Shown here piece after piece: positions 21,643-29,982 of a stretch of 64,000 nt of DNA. Both the position numbers and the translations under genes were made by a program. The stretch lies in the NCBI GenBank assembly GCA_965213705.1, contig OZ243913.1:4096001-4160000 (forward strand). The letters are read 5' to 3'. This DNA comes from Trueperaceae bacterium. GTDB taxonomy: Bacteria > Deinococcota > Deinococci > Deinococcales > Trueperaceae. Position 1 is the stretch's first letter. Each line of letters starts with the position of its first letter. The notes beneath the pieces are model-generated. The model was given only the letters and a program-made list of their open reading frames with translations. It made no database searches and had not been told where the DNA came from.

Positions 21643-22746
21643 TCAAGCCGCTCGAGCCACCCTTTGCCAGTCGGATAAGGGCAAGGTCAACGTCTTCCAA
21701 CCTGCTTCTTCGAGTTCCGAAGCTCGGTCGTAGTCGGCAGCGCCTTCGGCTGTGCGAGTGACTGCGTTCGCCAAACCCCAACGGCTGAAGTCGGCATCTT
21801 GCATGAAGTGTTTGAGGACGGACTCGCTTTCACCCTGGTTAAAGGCGAGTTGATTGGAGAGTTCTTCGACGGCTTTGATGGGCTGCTCGATGGTTTCAAT
21901 TGTTGAGCGTTGCAAGACGGTGACGATTGTCTCAAAGGTTGTGGTCGTGGCCGCAGCACGAACGATGTCTCGAGTCTTGAGCCAGAAAGCTTTGTCGTCA
22001 GCTTCTAGGGCTTCGTCGCTGAAGAGTTCATAACTCTTTTCTTCCGACTCGCTGACACGGCCGATGTGGTGTTTGCGCTGGCCATAGTCGGGGGCAATCA
22101 TGCCGTTGCTACAGACGAGGCGATAAATGAGGGGAGTAACGCTCAACGCCCCCAGTCCGATTTCGCTGTTGCTGATGACGATGCCGCTTTGGACCGGGTC
22201 ACCCTTTTTGACCTCGGCTTCTATCTTGGGAAACACGCACTTCAAGTAGAGCTTGGTCTCAGTAACCTCGCAGGAGAGGATGTCTAAGCCTTTGCCACTG
22301 TCGTCTTTGAGTTCTGAGAGCACCGGCATCACCGCGTGGAGCAGGTCGTAGTTGTCGAGTCTGCGGTAGCGGTTGCTCAGGAAGGCTCTGGCTTTTCCAT
22401 CCAAAGTACGAATCATGCGTTCGCTCGGCTGCTGTTTGAACCAGTGGTTGACATTGTGGGCGAGTAAAGCTGGGGCTTCGGTTTGCAAGCGGTCGTAGTA
22501 CTTGGCGGGGATGCCCAAGTGGCTGCCGATTTGACGGTGGCTGTGAGAAGTTAGAGAGAACTCGAGGGTTGCGTTTTCTGACTTAAGTTGCAGGCTCTCG
22601 GGGATAAGGACAGCTTCGCCTTGCTCCTGCAGCGTGAGGCGGGGGACGAGCTCGAGCTGCCGGGTGTCGGCGATGAAGTCGCGCTTAGAGGTGTGGTGGC
22701 GCTCGAGTTCAATCGCCAACTCAGTTAGGGTTCTGCCTTTTTTCAT
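21643..22746 (-). CDS. DUF932-like phage/plasmid protein
   Basis: MKKGRTLTELAIEL; RAFLSNRYRRLDN; SNSEIG.G; RLVCSNGM. Confidence 0.8.
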   Translation of the reverse strand: MKKGRTLTELAIELERHHTSKRDFIADTRQLELVPRLTLQEQGEAVLIPESLQLKSENATLEFSLTSHSHRQIGSHLGIPAKYYDRLQTEAPALLAHNVNHWFKQQPSERMIRTLDGKARAFLSNRYRRLDNYDLLHAVMPVLSELKDDSGKGLDILSCEVTETKLYLKCVFPKIEAEVKKGDPVQSGIVISNSEIGLGALSVTPLIYRLVCSNGMIAPDYGQRKHHIGRVSESEEKSYELFSDEALEADDKAFWLKTRDIVRAAATTTTFETIVTVLQRSTIETIEQPIKAVEELSNQLAFNQGESESVLKHFMQDADFSRWGLANAVTRTAEGAADYDRASELEEAGWKTLTLPLSDWQRVARAA

Positions 22747-22914
22747 ATTTGCCCCTTCCAAGCAAAGAACCCTCACAGCCAAAGCTGTGAGGGTTGAACT
22801 GGGTAACGAGCCATTTTGCGAATTTATGTACTGCTAGAGGCTTGACCACACCTTGCTGCTCCAGGTTCCCACGGGTCCATCCTTTCCCAACTCGTATGCG
22901 CCGCAAGGCGCTCT

Positions 22915-23415
22915 TTAACAAATCTCGAAGCCGCCGCTCGCCTCGAGAAAGCTGGCAAACTCGGCAACGTTCTCAGCGGAGAAGGGGTAGTTGGCTGCCC
23001 ACGGGGCGATGGTTCCCAAGCCATCACAGCTACTGCATCTGCTTTTTTGCTTAGTGCGGGAATTGAAACGTTCGAGAAGTTTGCGTCTGAAACTAGGGAC
23101 ATCAGCTCGGAGGCCAGAGCCATCGCAGGTCGTGCAGTGCTCGCGGGGTAGGGCTTCGAGGTCGCGTTGGTAGTTAGTGGCAAACTTAGCACAGCGCCCT
23201 GCGTCGAGTTCTTCACGGAGTCGCTCCGCCAGTGCTGTCGCCCCTACTGCATCCAAGCCCCACCCGTCATTGAAGTGGCCGCCGTTGTCCTCAGGGATGA
23301 GATGAGGAGCGATGTGTTCGCAGTAGCTCCACAAGGGGTGCCACCACCACACGTTATTGCGGAAGTAGCGACCTGTTTCGTTGCTTGGGTCTTTGCCGTA
23401 GACATCCATGCCCAT
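22915..23415 (-). CDS. Phage-type hypothetical protein with DnaJ-like Zn finger
   Basis: MGMDVYG...YFRNNVWWWHPLW; CTTCDGSG and CSSCDGLG; C-terminal FLEASGGFEIC. Confidence 0.75.
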   Translation of the reverse strand: MGMDVYGKDPSNETGRYFRNNVWWWHPLWSYCEHIAPHLIPEDNGGHFNDGWGLDAVGATALAERLREELDAGRCAKFATNYQRDLEALPREHCTTCDGSGLRADVPSFRRKLLERFNSRTKQKSRCSSCDGLGTIAPWAANYPFSAENVAEFASFLEASGGFEIC

Positions 23416-23539
23416 CGCTTGCTCCTTTCTGCCGGATGAGTGTCCGGTCTAACATTCATTTGCGCCATTGGCGCTCTTTAATAACTTCGCTAGCTGAAGA
23501 ACAAAGCAAGGGAGTGAAACGGTTCCCTTGCTTTGTTTA

Positions 23540-24676
23540 CTAAGCCACCAATGCAGCGGTGAGCGCCGCGAGCCCCGCCTCTTGCTGTTGGAAGTACTGA
23601 GCGCGTTCGCTTGCTGCCAGCCGTTCTCGCGCCAGTGCTCCCACGAGGCCGCGAGGTGCTTTGCCTTGGACGGTCCGAAGTTGTTCTTCGAGCAGCTCGA
23701 GGTCGGTTTCGGGAACGTCGGTTAGGGCGTGGACTTGAACCTCTACGTCGTCGGCGTCGATTTGCTGGCGGCGTTTAAAGGCAGTCAGATGAAGTGCTGC
23801 CTGTTCCCGGTAACTCAGCGTCCACCAGGAACCGTCAGCGGGACGCGGACCGAGGGCTTGACGGTGAACGAAAGCTTGCATCGCTTGCTGGCAGGCCGCT
23901 GAGTGGTGGCGATACTCGAGCACCCTCATTGCCCCGTGCCAATCGACACGGCTGTACGCTTTCGACCACAAGCGGTCGGGGTGGAAGCGACCGCCGAATC
24001 GGTAGGCTTTGGCGGCTTCTTTCTCGTCGTTTCCGTTCCATGCCTCGTGCTTGGTTCGGTAAGCATTTTCCCATCCCTCTTTTTGCCGGATTAACTTGGG
24101 CTGGAGGATACCTGCGTCGTCATACTCGCCCGAGTCATCTCGAAAGTGCTCGTTGTCATTCGGGTCGAGGTCTTGGGAGGTGTCATTAGGTTCTTCAGGT
24201 TCCTCGACCAAGACGATGAAGGGCGGGAAGTGCGCTTTCTCGACGAGCGTTGCTTGCTTTCGAGTAATGTCGCCCGAGTAGCCCAACACCCGCATGAGAC
24301 TGAAGGGCAACTCGGGCGTGTCGGCTGCTGTGCTTTTGACCCAGGCACGGACTCGCGAGACTTTTTGCCAGACGCGCTTGCCTGAGTAGGGCTGTGGTTT
24401 GAGTTCGAGGTACTGCCACTTGCCTACCTTTCCCTCGGGAACATCGGCGCATTCTTGCTCAAGCAGTTTGTCCAAAACGTGGCGGAGCACCCGTTGCGCG
24501 TTAGGTTTGCCTTCGAGGGTAATCTCGCCGCCGTGTAGCGTTGCCGAGACAGCCGCGTGGAGGAGACTGGCAAACGCGGGAGAGTGCTTGTAACGTTCGC
24601 GAATTTCGAAGAGGAGCTTTGTGGGTTCGTCGTGCTTGCGCCAGAAGCGGATGACAAAGCGCTGCATGTCCGTCAC
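23540..24676 (-). CDS. Hypothetical protein
   Basis: 378-aa ORF co-oriented in the operon. Confidence 0.65.
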   Translation of the reverse strand: MTDMQRFVIRFWRKHDEPTKLLFEIRERYKHSPAFASLLHAAVSATLHGGEITLEGKPNAQRVLRHVLDKLLEQECADVPEGKVGKWQYLELKPQPYSGKRVWQKVSRVRAWVKSTAADTPELPFSLMRVLGYSGDITRKQATLVEKAHFPPFIVLVEEPEEPNDTSQDLDPNDNEHFRDDSGEYDDAGILQPKLIRQKEGWENAYRTKHEAWNGNDEKEAAKAYRFGGRFHPDRLWSKAYSRVDWHGAMRVLEYRHHSAACQQAMQAFVHRQALGPRPADGSWWTLSYREQAALHLTAFKRRQQIDADDVEVQVHALTDVPETDLELLEEQLRTVQGKAPRGLVGALARERLAASERAQYFQQQEAGLAALTAALVA

Positions 24677-24677
24677 C

Positions 24678-24851
24678 TCAGCTCGCGCAGTTCATCGGTG
24701 GGCGGGTGGCGGATGTACGGACGGCGGCTGAGCATGGCGTTGTGACCTTCGTGGCGAGTTCGCTTATACGCTCGTCCCACTCGTCTCGCTCATCGGCGCG
24801 GCGCTCTGAAAGGGGGCCTCGGGACGGACGCGTGCTATACTTGCTGTGCAT
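24678..24851 (-). CDS. Small hypothetical protein (57 aa), first gene of the operon
   Basis: Strong AAAGGAGGAG RBS before ATG 24851. Confidence 0.55.
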   Translation of the reverse strand: MHSKYSTRPSRGPLSERRADERDEWDERISELATKVTTPCSAAVRTSATRPPMNCAS

Positions 24852-24859
24852 AAACTCCT

Positions 24860-25234
24860 CCTTTGAGGAAGCTAGAAACGAAGTGGACTCGAGTGTCTTC
24901 AGCACTCGAGCCCACACTTTTGGCTTATAGAGGTTTAGAGTTTCAAGCCGACAGATACGCTCCTTTCTTCCCAAACGCGACAACCCAAAGGCACCAAAGT
25001 TTTACTGCACACCGTGGGGTTTTGGGTAACTCAGCCGCTTTGCCAAAGTTCGCCCACGAGTGGCGACAAGTCGTAGCGGCTGGGCCTCAAGCTTTAACGT
25101 TTGGGACAGAAATTTCTCAATGAGCAGTCTGATTTGACAAAAAGCTATCCAGCAGGTTCGTCATGTTTTTTACGACCTACCAGACTTTCTTCTACTTTTT
25201 ATAGCCATTTCAAGGGGATGGCTAACTGCTCATT
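24860..25234 (-). ncRNA. Candidate long structured leader / ncRNA
   Basis: Multiple nested inverted repeats; TTGCTG-N17-TATAAC promoter at 25270-25242. Confidence 0.45.
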
Positions 25235-25876
25235 AGGTGAGGTTATAGCAGAGGAGCTTAACGCCAGCAAGTGAGGTGAACAGCAAACGGCTGTCGGATT
25301 CGCTGCAAAACTTAGTCTTCCATCCATTGACTATGCAAATTCACGCTTATTCGGGGTATAGGTCTGTAGGTGAGACACGCTGAGTAGCGGAACGGCCAGA
25401 TTTGCAAGCAGTATTACGTCTAGGTGGTTACCTGACAACACCTCTCTCAAAATGTTTGGTCGTGTACTTCGCGAAATCGAACTCCGGTTGCCAAAGCCAC
25501 AACTTATTCACCTATGTGCTGTTTCTTAGGACACTAGCAGAATGACGAAGTTTTGCCAAGAAAGCTCTATTAGGCTTCTAAACAGCGTTTATCGCTGTAT
25601 GTCCGACTTTTCGCGGTAGCTGCTTGCCCATACCCAAATTCCGTCCATTTGCCAATTATGGTGAGCAAAGCTCCGTTTGCGCCAAGCCATCTGCCGGTGA
25701 CTTTTCAATCGCAATGCCAACTACTCCAACTTATGGCAGGCTCTCAAAGTGTCGCCGTCGTAAGCTGCTTTCCAAACTCTTGTTCAACCTAACCGTGAGG
25801 AGAAGTGGCGGAAGCCGGCCTGACAGGGTTCCCATACCTGTATTTAGCTGTGCCGGGAATCTCGGCTGGCAGTCCC

Positions 25877-25898
25877 TTGTAACCGGATGGTGTGACAA
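25877..25898 (+). promoter_or_regulatory. Palindromic operator (WYL-type candidate) upstream of the peptide gene
   Basis: TTGTAACCGGATGGTGTGACAA; 19/22 identical to 29182-29203. Confidence 0.65.
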
Positions 25899-26010
25899 AC
25901 GACCTTCAAACTGACTGAGACGTTAGCGACGTCACGCGTATAGGCCTAGCGACACCACAAACTGCTTTTCTCCCTAGGCGCCCGGAGATGGTAGGAGAAA
26001 AGAGGTTGGT

Positions 26011-26151
26011 ATGAGAAGGCTCGCTTTGTTAGCTCTGGTGCTCATCGGCACTGCAGTGACCACCGTTACTTCCGTTCTTACAGAAGGGCTGGGCGGTTCG
26101 AACCAAGTTTTGCTCGCCGACGGTGACGACTACGACACAGGTAGCGGTTAG
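26011..26151 (+). CDS. 46-aa secreted propeptide (candidate signalling-peptide precursor)
   Basis: MRRLALLALVLIGTAVTTVTSVLTEGLGGSNQVLLADGDDYDTGSG; basic N-terminus plus hydrophobic core; purine-rich RBS; below the ORF-track cutoff. Confidence 0.75.
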   Translation: MRRLALLALVLIGTAVTTVTSVLTEGLGGSNQVLLADGDDYDTGSG

Positions 26152-26163
26152 ACATATCGCATT

Positions 26164-29040
26164 CTAGGGGAGGTGGGGAAGCTCAGAAGTCCCCGCCTCC
26201 TCCAAAATGGATAAAATCAGGGTTGCAACCTGCTCCGACGGTAAATCGCACCAAACCGGTGTACCGTCGTAACTCGGCAAACCTTGAAAAACCTTTCTGT
26301 CCGCATAAACCATGTAGGGCGTTTTGGCCTTACAGTAGGCGTATAGGTCTGCGCTCAGCCCGCACAGGGAATTCTTGGTCCCGGCCTGCAGGACGCCCAC
26401 GAGATGGTGCAAGATGATGGGGTCGCTCTGCGTCCACCGAGCTTTTTTAAGCCCTGCACGGTAGTGTTCAAGAGCACGTTGAGGCTCGTCCTCCAGCAGG
26501 TGGACGGCTCCCAACGTCCCGTGCGCTCTCACCTCCTTGCCGATCGAGCGCTGGGCCCGAGCCTCGGTGAGAACCTCGTAACCGAGCTGTTCGGCACGCT
26601 CGCGGCGGCCCTCGAGGGCGAACAGGTGAGCGAGTTTCGCCCGGCTGAGGAGCGCCCAGTGCGCGAGGCCGAGCGCTTTTGCGCAGTCTGAGGCCTGCTC
26701 GAGCCTGAGGCGCGCCTCCAAGGTGTTACCGGTTTCCAGGGCCAACCAGCCGCCGACATAGTTGCACCAAATCTTTTTAGCCGCTATGCCTTGCTGGTCG
26801 AAGAGGTGTTCGGCCGCCGCGAGGCGCGACCGGGCTTCGGCGTAGTCGCCCCGATTGACGGCGTTGATGGCGAGGTTGGTAAGCGCGCTGGCCGCTTCGC
26901 CCGAATCCGGTTCGGCGTAAGTGAAGGCTGTTTCGAAGTAGCCGCGGGCTTCAGCGAAGCGGCCCAGCGAGTCGTAGGCCGCGCCGAGCGTGTTCAAGCA
27001 GGTCTCTCGCGCGCACCCACCACTCAGCGTCAGCGCTGCCTCGGCGGTATGAACGGCTTCAGCGTAACGGCTCGAGCGCAGCAAAAACCAGGCCCGACTT
27101 GCTTGCAAAGCCACAGCCATACCCTTATCTTGCAGAGCCGCGGCCGCTTCCTCGACAAGCTCGAGGCCCTGCTGCGGGCGTGAGTGCAGGTCGTACAGGC
27201 GTTGCAAGGTGGGCAGGGCAGGTTGCAGGACGTGCATCCACTCCTGCCGAACGGCCCAGCGCCAAGCTGCGGCGATGTTGGCCGAACTGGTTTGAAAATC
27301 GACTTTACCCTTCGAGCCTGGCGGCTTTTCCGAGGGTCGCTCGGGCTGCGCTGCGGCTTGCAAGGCCGTCAGATAAAAGGTCGCGTGCCGACTCCGCAAG
27401 GCTGCCTTAGCGGGATGACGTTCGTACAGGTAGCGCGCGAGCAGCGGATGCAAGCTGTAGCGGTCGCGCTCGAAACTCAGGAGCGAGGCGTCTAATAAGC
27501 GCCTCAAGTGCCGAGGTTTCGCCCCGAGAAGCTGTTCGGCAGCCGAGAGAGAAAAACCGCCCCGAAACACGCTCAGCTCGCGAAAGACGGTGGCCGTTTC
27601 CGCGTCGAGGAGAGTGACCGAAAGGTCGAAGGCGGCGTTCAAGTCTTCCCCGTCCGCAGCGCTCAGCGCGCCCAAGTCGGACCTCGAGCGCTCTACAAGC
27701 TCGGCGAGCGGCAGGCTCGCCGTCCAACCCGCGACGAGCTTGAGGGCGAGTGGGACACCGACTGTGTGCCGACACAGCTCGAGCAGCAGCGGTGCATCCT
27801 CGTCGCTGAAAACCGCCCCTTGCCGCGCCGCCGAACTCAGGAAGAGCTTGCCCGCCGCGCTCCGGCCGAGCTGGGCCAGCGTACTTCCCTGGGGCGGCAA
27901 ACTCAAACCGCTCAGGCGAAAAACCCGTTCGTCCTCGAGCCCGAGCCGTTCGCGTGAGGTCACGAGAATTCGCAACTCGGAACAGGCGCGCAAAAGTTGC
28001 CCGATGACGCCCCTCAGCTGGAGCAAGGCCTCGAAATTGTCGAGCACGAGGAGAATGCGCGGCGCGGCGAGGTGCCCGGTCACGGCTTCGGTCAGGTATT
28101 CGAGCTGCGGCTTCACACCGAGCGCGTCGGCCAAAGCTTGCCACAGCGCGCCAGCGGGCGCGTCTTGCGGGAGGTCGGCCAAAGGTACCAGTGCAATTTC
28201 GTCGAAAAGAGACTCGCTTTGCTGCACGAAGGCTTTGGCAAGCTCCGTTTTACCGATGCCGGCCAATCCCGTAACGGTCACCAGGCGTTCTCCGGCCAGA
28301 AAGTGCTCGTGCAGCTGCGTCAACTCGGCCTCGCGGCCGACGAACAGAGACGTCACGCCGACTTCTTGACGAGGCCGACCTCCCTTTACGCTCACCCTAC
28401 TCGCGAAGCCGCCGTGCCACTCGGCCGTTGCACGCTGCACAGCGTCGGCATCGGCGGGGAAACCCAGCTCGAGCAAAAGCCGGTGCATTCGCTCCACGTT
28501 GTAGAGGCTGGGCAGCGCCACACCGTGCGGCAACCGAAAAGCCCGCAGCACCAACGCGCGCGCTCCCGCCGCCTCGCCCTGCCGCCGGCGCTCTTCGGCA
28601 AGGGTCAGCAAAACGTCGGCAAAGCTGTTTTGCAGGGTTGCACGCTCAATACTCAGCCACTCGCTCACCTCTTCCCCGAGCCGTAGGCGCGTCTCCTCGA
28701 GCCCGTACAGAAACGGCCCCCGGTACAGCGCCACAGCGCGTTCGTACTCTTTTTGGGTAAGGGCGCGCCGAAACTCGGCCGCGTCCACGGGCACATGGCA
28801 GCCGAGTCGCCCGCGCCCCGACTCGAGCAGGTTCGGGTCCAGCTTTTTGAGCCGACGCAGCGCCTCTGAAAGGCTTTTGCTGCGCCTAGTCGCGTCTATT
28901 TGATGGGGCCAGAACAGGGCTTGCAGTTCTTTGCGCAAGCATGTGTCATGCAGCGCAACGTAAGTCAGCAACAAAAGAGGTTGGGGCTCGGCAAAGTCGC
29001 TGCCCTCGAGCCTCAAACCTCCTAACGTCACCAGCCGCAT
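26164..29040 (-). CDS. AfsR/SARP-type regulator: wHTH-BTAD, NB-ARC, TPR
   Basis: LFWP...LYRGPFL (BTAD); FVGREAEL, GLAGIGKT, LVLDNFE, TSRE, GVPLAL, LHPLL; TPR-like C-terminus; TATAAC-N6-ATG leaderless start. Confidence 0.92.
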   Translation of the reverse strand: MRLVTLGGLRLEGSDFAEPQPLLLLTYVALHDTCLRKELQALFWPHQIDATRRSKSLSEALRRLKKLDPNLLESGRGRLGCHVPVDAAEFRRALTQKEYERAVALYRGPFLYGLEETRLRLGEEVSEWLSIERATLQNSFADVLLTLAEERRRQGEAAGARALVLRAFRLPHGVALPSLYNVERMHRLLLELGFPADADAVQRATAEWHGGFASRVSVKGGRPRQEVGVTSLFVGREAELTQLHEHFLAGERLVTVTGLAGIGKTELAKAFVQQSESLFDEIALVPLADLPQDAPAGALWQALADALGVKPQLEYLTEAVTGHLAAPRILLVLDNFEALLQLRGVIGQLLRACSELRILVTSRERLGLEDERVFRLSGLSLPPQGSTLAQLGRSAAGKLFLSSAARQGAVFSDEDAPLLLELCRHTVGVPLALKLVAGWTASLPLAELVERSRSDLGALSAADGEDLNAAFDLSVTLLDAETATVFRELSVFRGGFSLSAAEQLLGAKPRHLRRLLDASLLSFERDRYSLHPLLARYLYERHPAKAALRSRHATFYLTALQAAAQPERPSEKPPGSKGKVDFQTSSANIAAAWRWAVRQEWMHVLQPALPTLQRLYDLHSRPQQGLELVEEAAAALQDKGMAVALQASRAWFLLRSSRYAEAVHTAEAALTLSGGCARETCLNTLGAAYDSLGRFAEARGYFETAFTYAEPDSGEAASALTNLAINAVNRGDYAEARSRLAAAEHLFDQQGIAAKKIWCNYVGGWLALETGNTLEARLRLEQASDCAKALGLAHWALLSRAKLAHLFALEGRRERAEQLGYEVLTEARAQRSIGKEVRAHGTLGAVHLLEDEPQRALEHYRAGLKKARWTQSDPIILHHLVGVLQAGTKNSLCGLSADLYAYCKAKTPYMVYADRKVFQGLPSYDGTPVWCDLPSEQVATLILSILEEAGTSELPHLP

Positions 29041-29077
29041 TCTGCGGTTATAGCACGTAGGCCGTAGACGTGGTGGC

Positions 29078-29101
29078 AGCCTCGTTGGAACGTCGTTGGA
29101 A
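29078..29101 (+). promoter_or_regulatory. 11-bp-period direct repeat TCGTTGGAA (SARP-type activator site)
   Basis: AGCCTCGTTGGAACGTCGTTGGAA; 22/24 identical to 39520-39543; 10 nt before TATGAC. Confidence 0.7.
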
Positions 29102-29180
29102 AACCGCGTGCTATGACCAGAAGCATGTTGAGCACGTTCGACGGCGGCGTTTCTCTCACCGCTTATAAGTTCTATCAGGG

Positions 29181-29204
29181 GTTGTCACCAGAGGGTGTGA
29201 CAAC
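29181..29204 (+). promoter_or_regulatory. Palindromic operator GTTGTCAC-N8-GTGACAAC (WYL-type candidate)
   Basis: Perfect 8-bp arms; TGTGAC-N10-TACCGT-N6-ATG(29224). Confidence 0.7.
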
Positions 29205-29223
29205 GCCTCTTTACCGTGAGGCC

Positions 29224-29982
29224 ATGAAGCCTTCTTTTTCTTACAGCCTCAGCCACACGCTCCGCTGCCCTCGCCGCTTTCACTCAGAGAAGTTGCAAAA
29301 GGAACCCGTCCTCGCTCCGTTCGCCTCGAGCACCCTCGGGCGCGAGGTTCACGTGCGCGTCGCCGCCAGCCTCCACAGGGGTACACCCGCCGACGAACGC
29401 TCTTTCCGCTTGCCGAAGCGCGTCTTGTTGCAAGCCGGAGAAAACCTCGACGACCTCGTCTGGCGCGCTCACTGCGCCCTCAGCTTTTACAACGCCAAGT
29501 GCCGCGCCTGGCTCGCCAGGAAAACCACGACCTGTGTTGAGCACTACGTCAGCCGCCCCTACCCACTTCAAAGCGAGACCGTGCAAGTGAGTGGTATTTT
29601 CGACCTCGTTCTTTCTAGCGCCAAAGGAGACGTGCTCATCGACTGGAAAACGGGCAGCGCGCAGCGCAGCGAAGACCAGCTCAAGTTTTACCTCATGCTG
29701 CGCTTTTTAGAAACCGGGCGGCGACCCCGGCACGCCGAGGCGGTGGCGTTAGGGACGGGCGAGCCTTTGTGCATCGTTTGGGACAGCGAGGTAGAACCTT
29801 GGTTCGAAGACAAGCTCGAGGCGATGCGCCGCGACCTGGCCGCTTGCCATACGCGCGCGGCCGTCCCAGGGTTTCACTGCACCTACTGCCCTTACGCGCA
29901 GCGCTGCGAGGCCAGCGAAGCGCCGAACAGATGGGTGCTCGACACTTTTACCGGGGAGGTGACGCACCTTGGGCAAGCGTGA
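29224..29982 (+). CDS. Cas4/RecB-like PD-(D/E)XK nuclease with Fe-S cysteines (alternative in-frame starts 29113/29125)
   Basis: CPRRF, G..VH, GIFDLV, IDWKTG, QLKFY, CTYCPYAQRC. Confidence 0.88.
   Translation: MKPSFSYSLSHTLRCPRRFHSEKLQKEPVLAPFASSTLGREVHVRVAASLHRGTPADERSFRLPKRVLLQAGENLDDLVWRAHCALSFYNAKCRAWLARKTTTCVEHYVSRPYPLQSETVQVSGIFDLVLSSAKGDVLIDWKTGSAQRSEDQLKFYLMLRFLETGRRPRHAEAVALGTGEPLCIVWDSEVEPWFEDKLEAMRRDLAACHTRAAVPGFHCTYCPYAQRCEASEAPNRWVLDTFTGEVTHLGQA

Noticed and set aside
16942..24851. Prophage
   Set aside because: No capsid, terminase, tail or lysis genes; the T4SS points to a conjugative element
25119..25234. Retron msr-msd (terminal inverted repeats followed by TAG)
   Set aside because: No reverse transcriptase in the window and no long msd stem; kept only as a structured leader
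26404..28760. Long antisense/alternate-frame ORFs in GC-rich genes (also within virB4, virD4 and cas genes)
   Set aside because: Shadow frames of well-supported genes, without motifs or RBS
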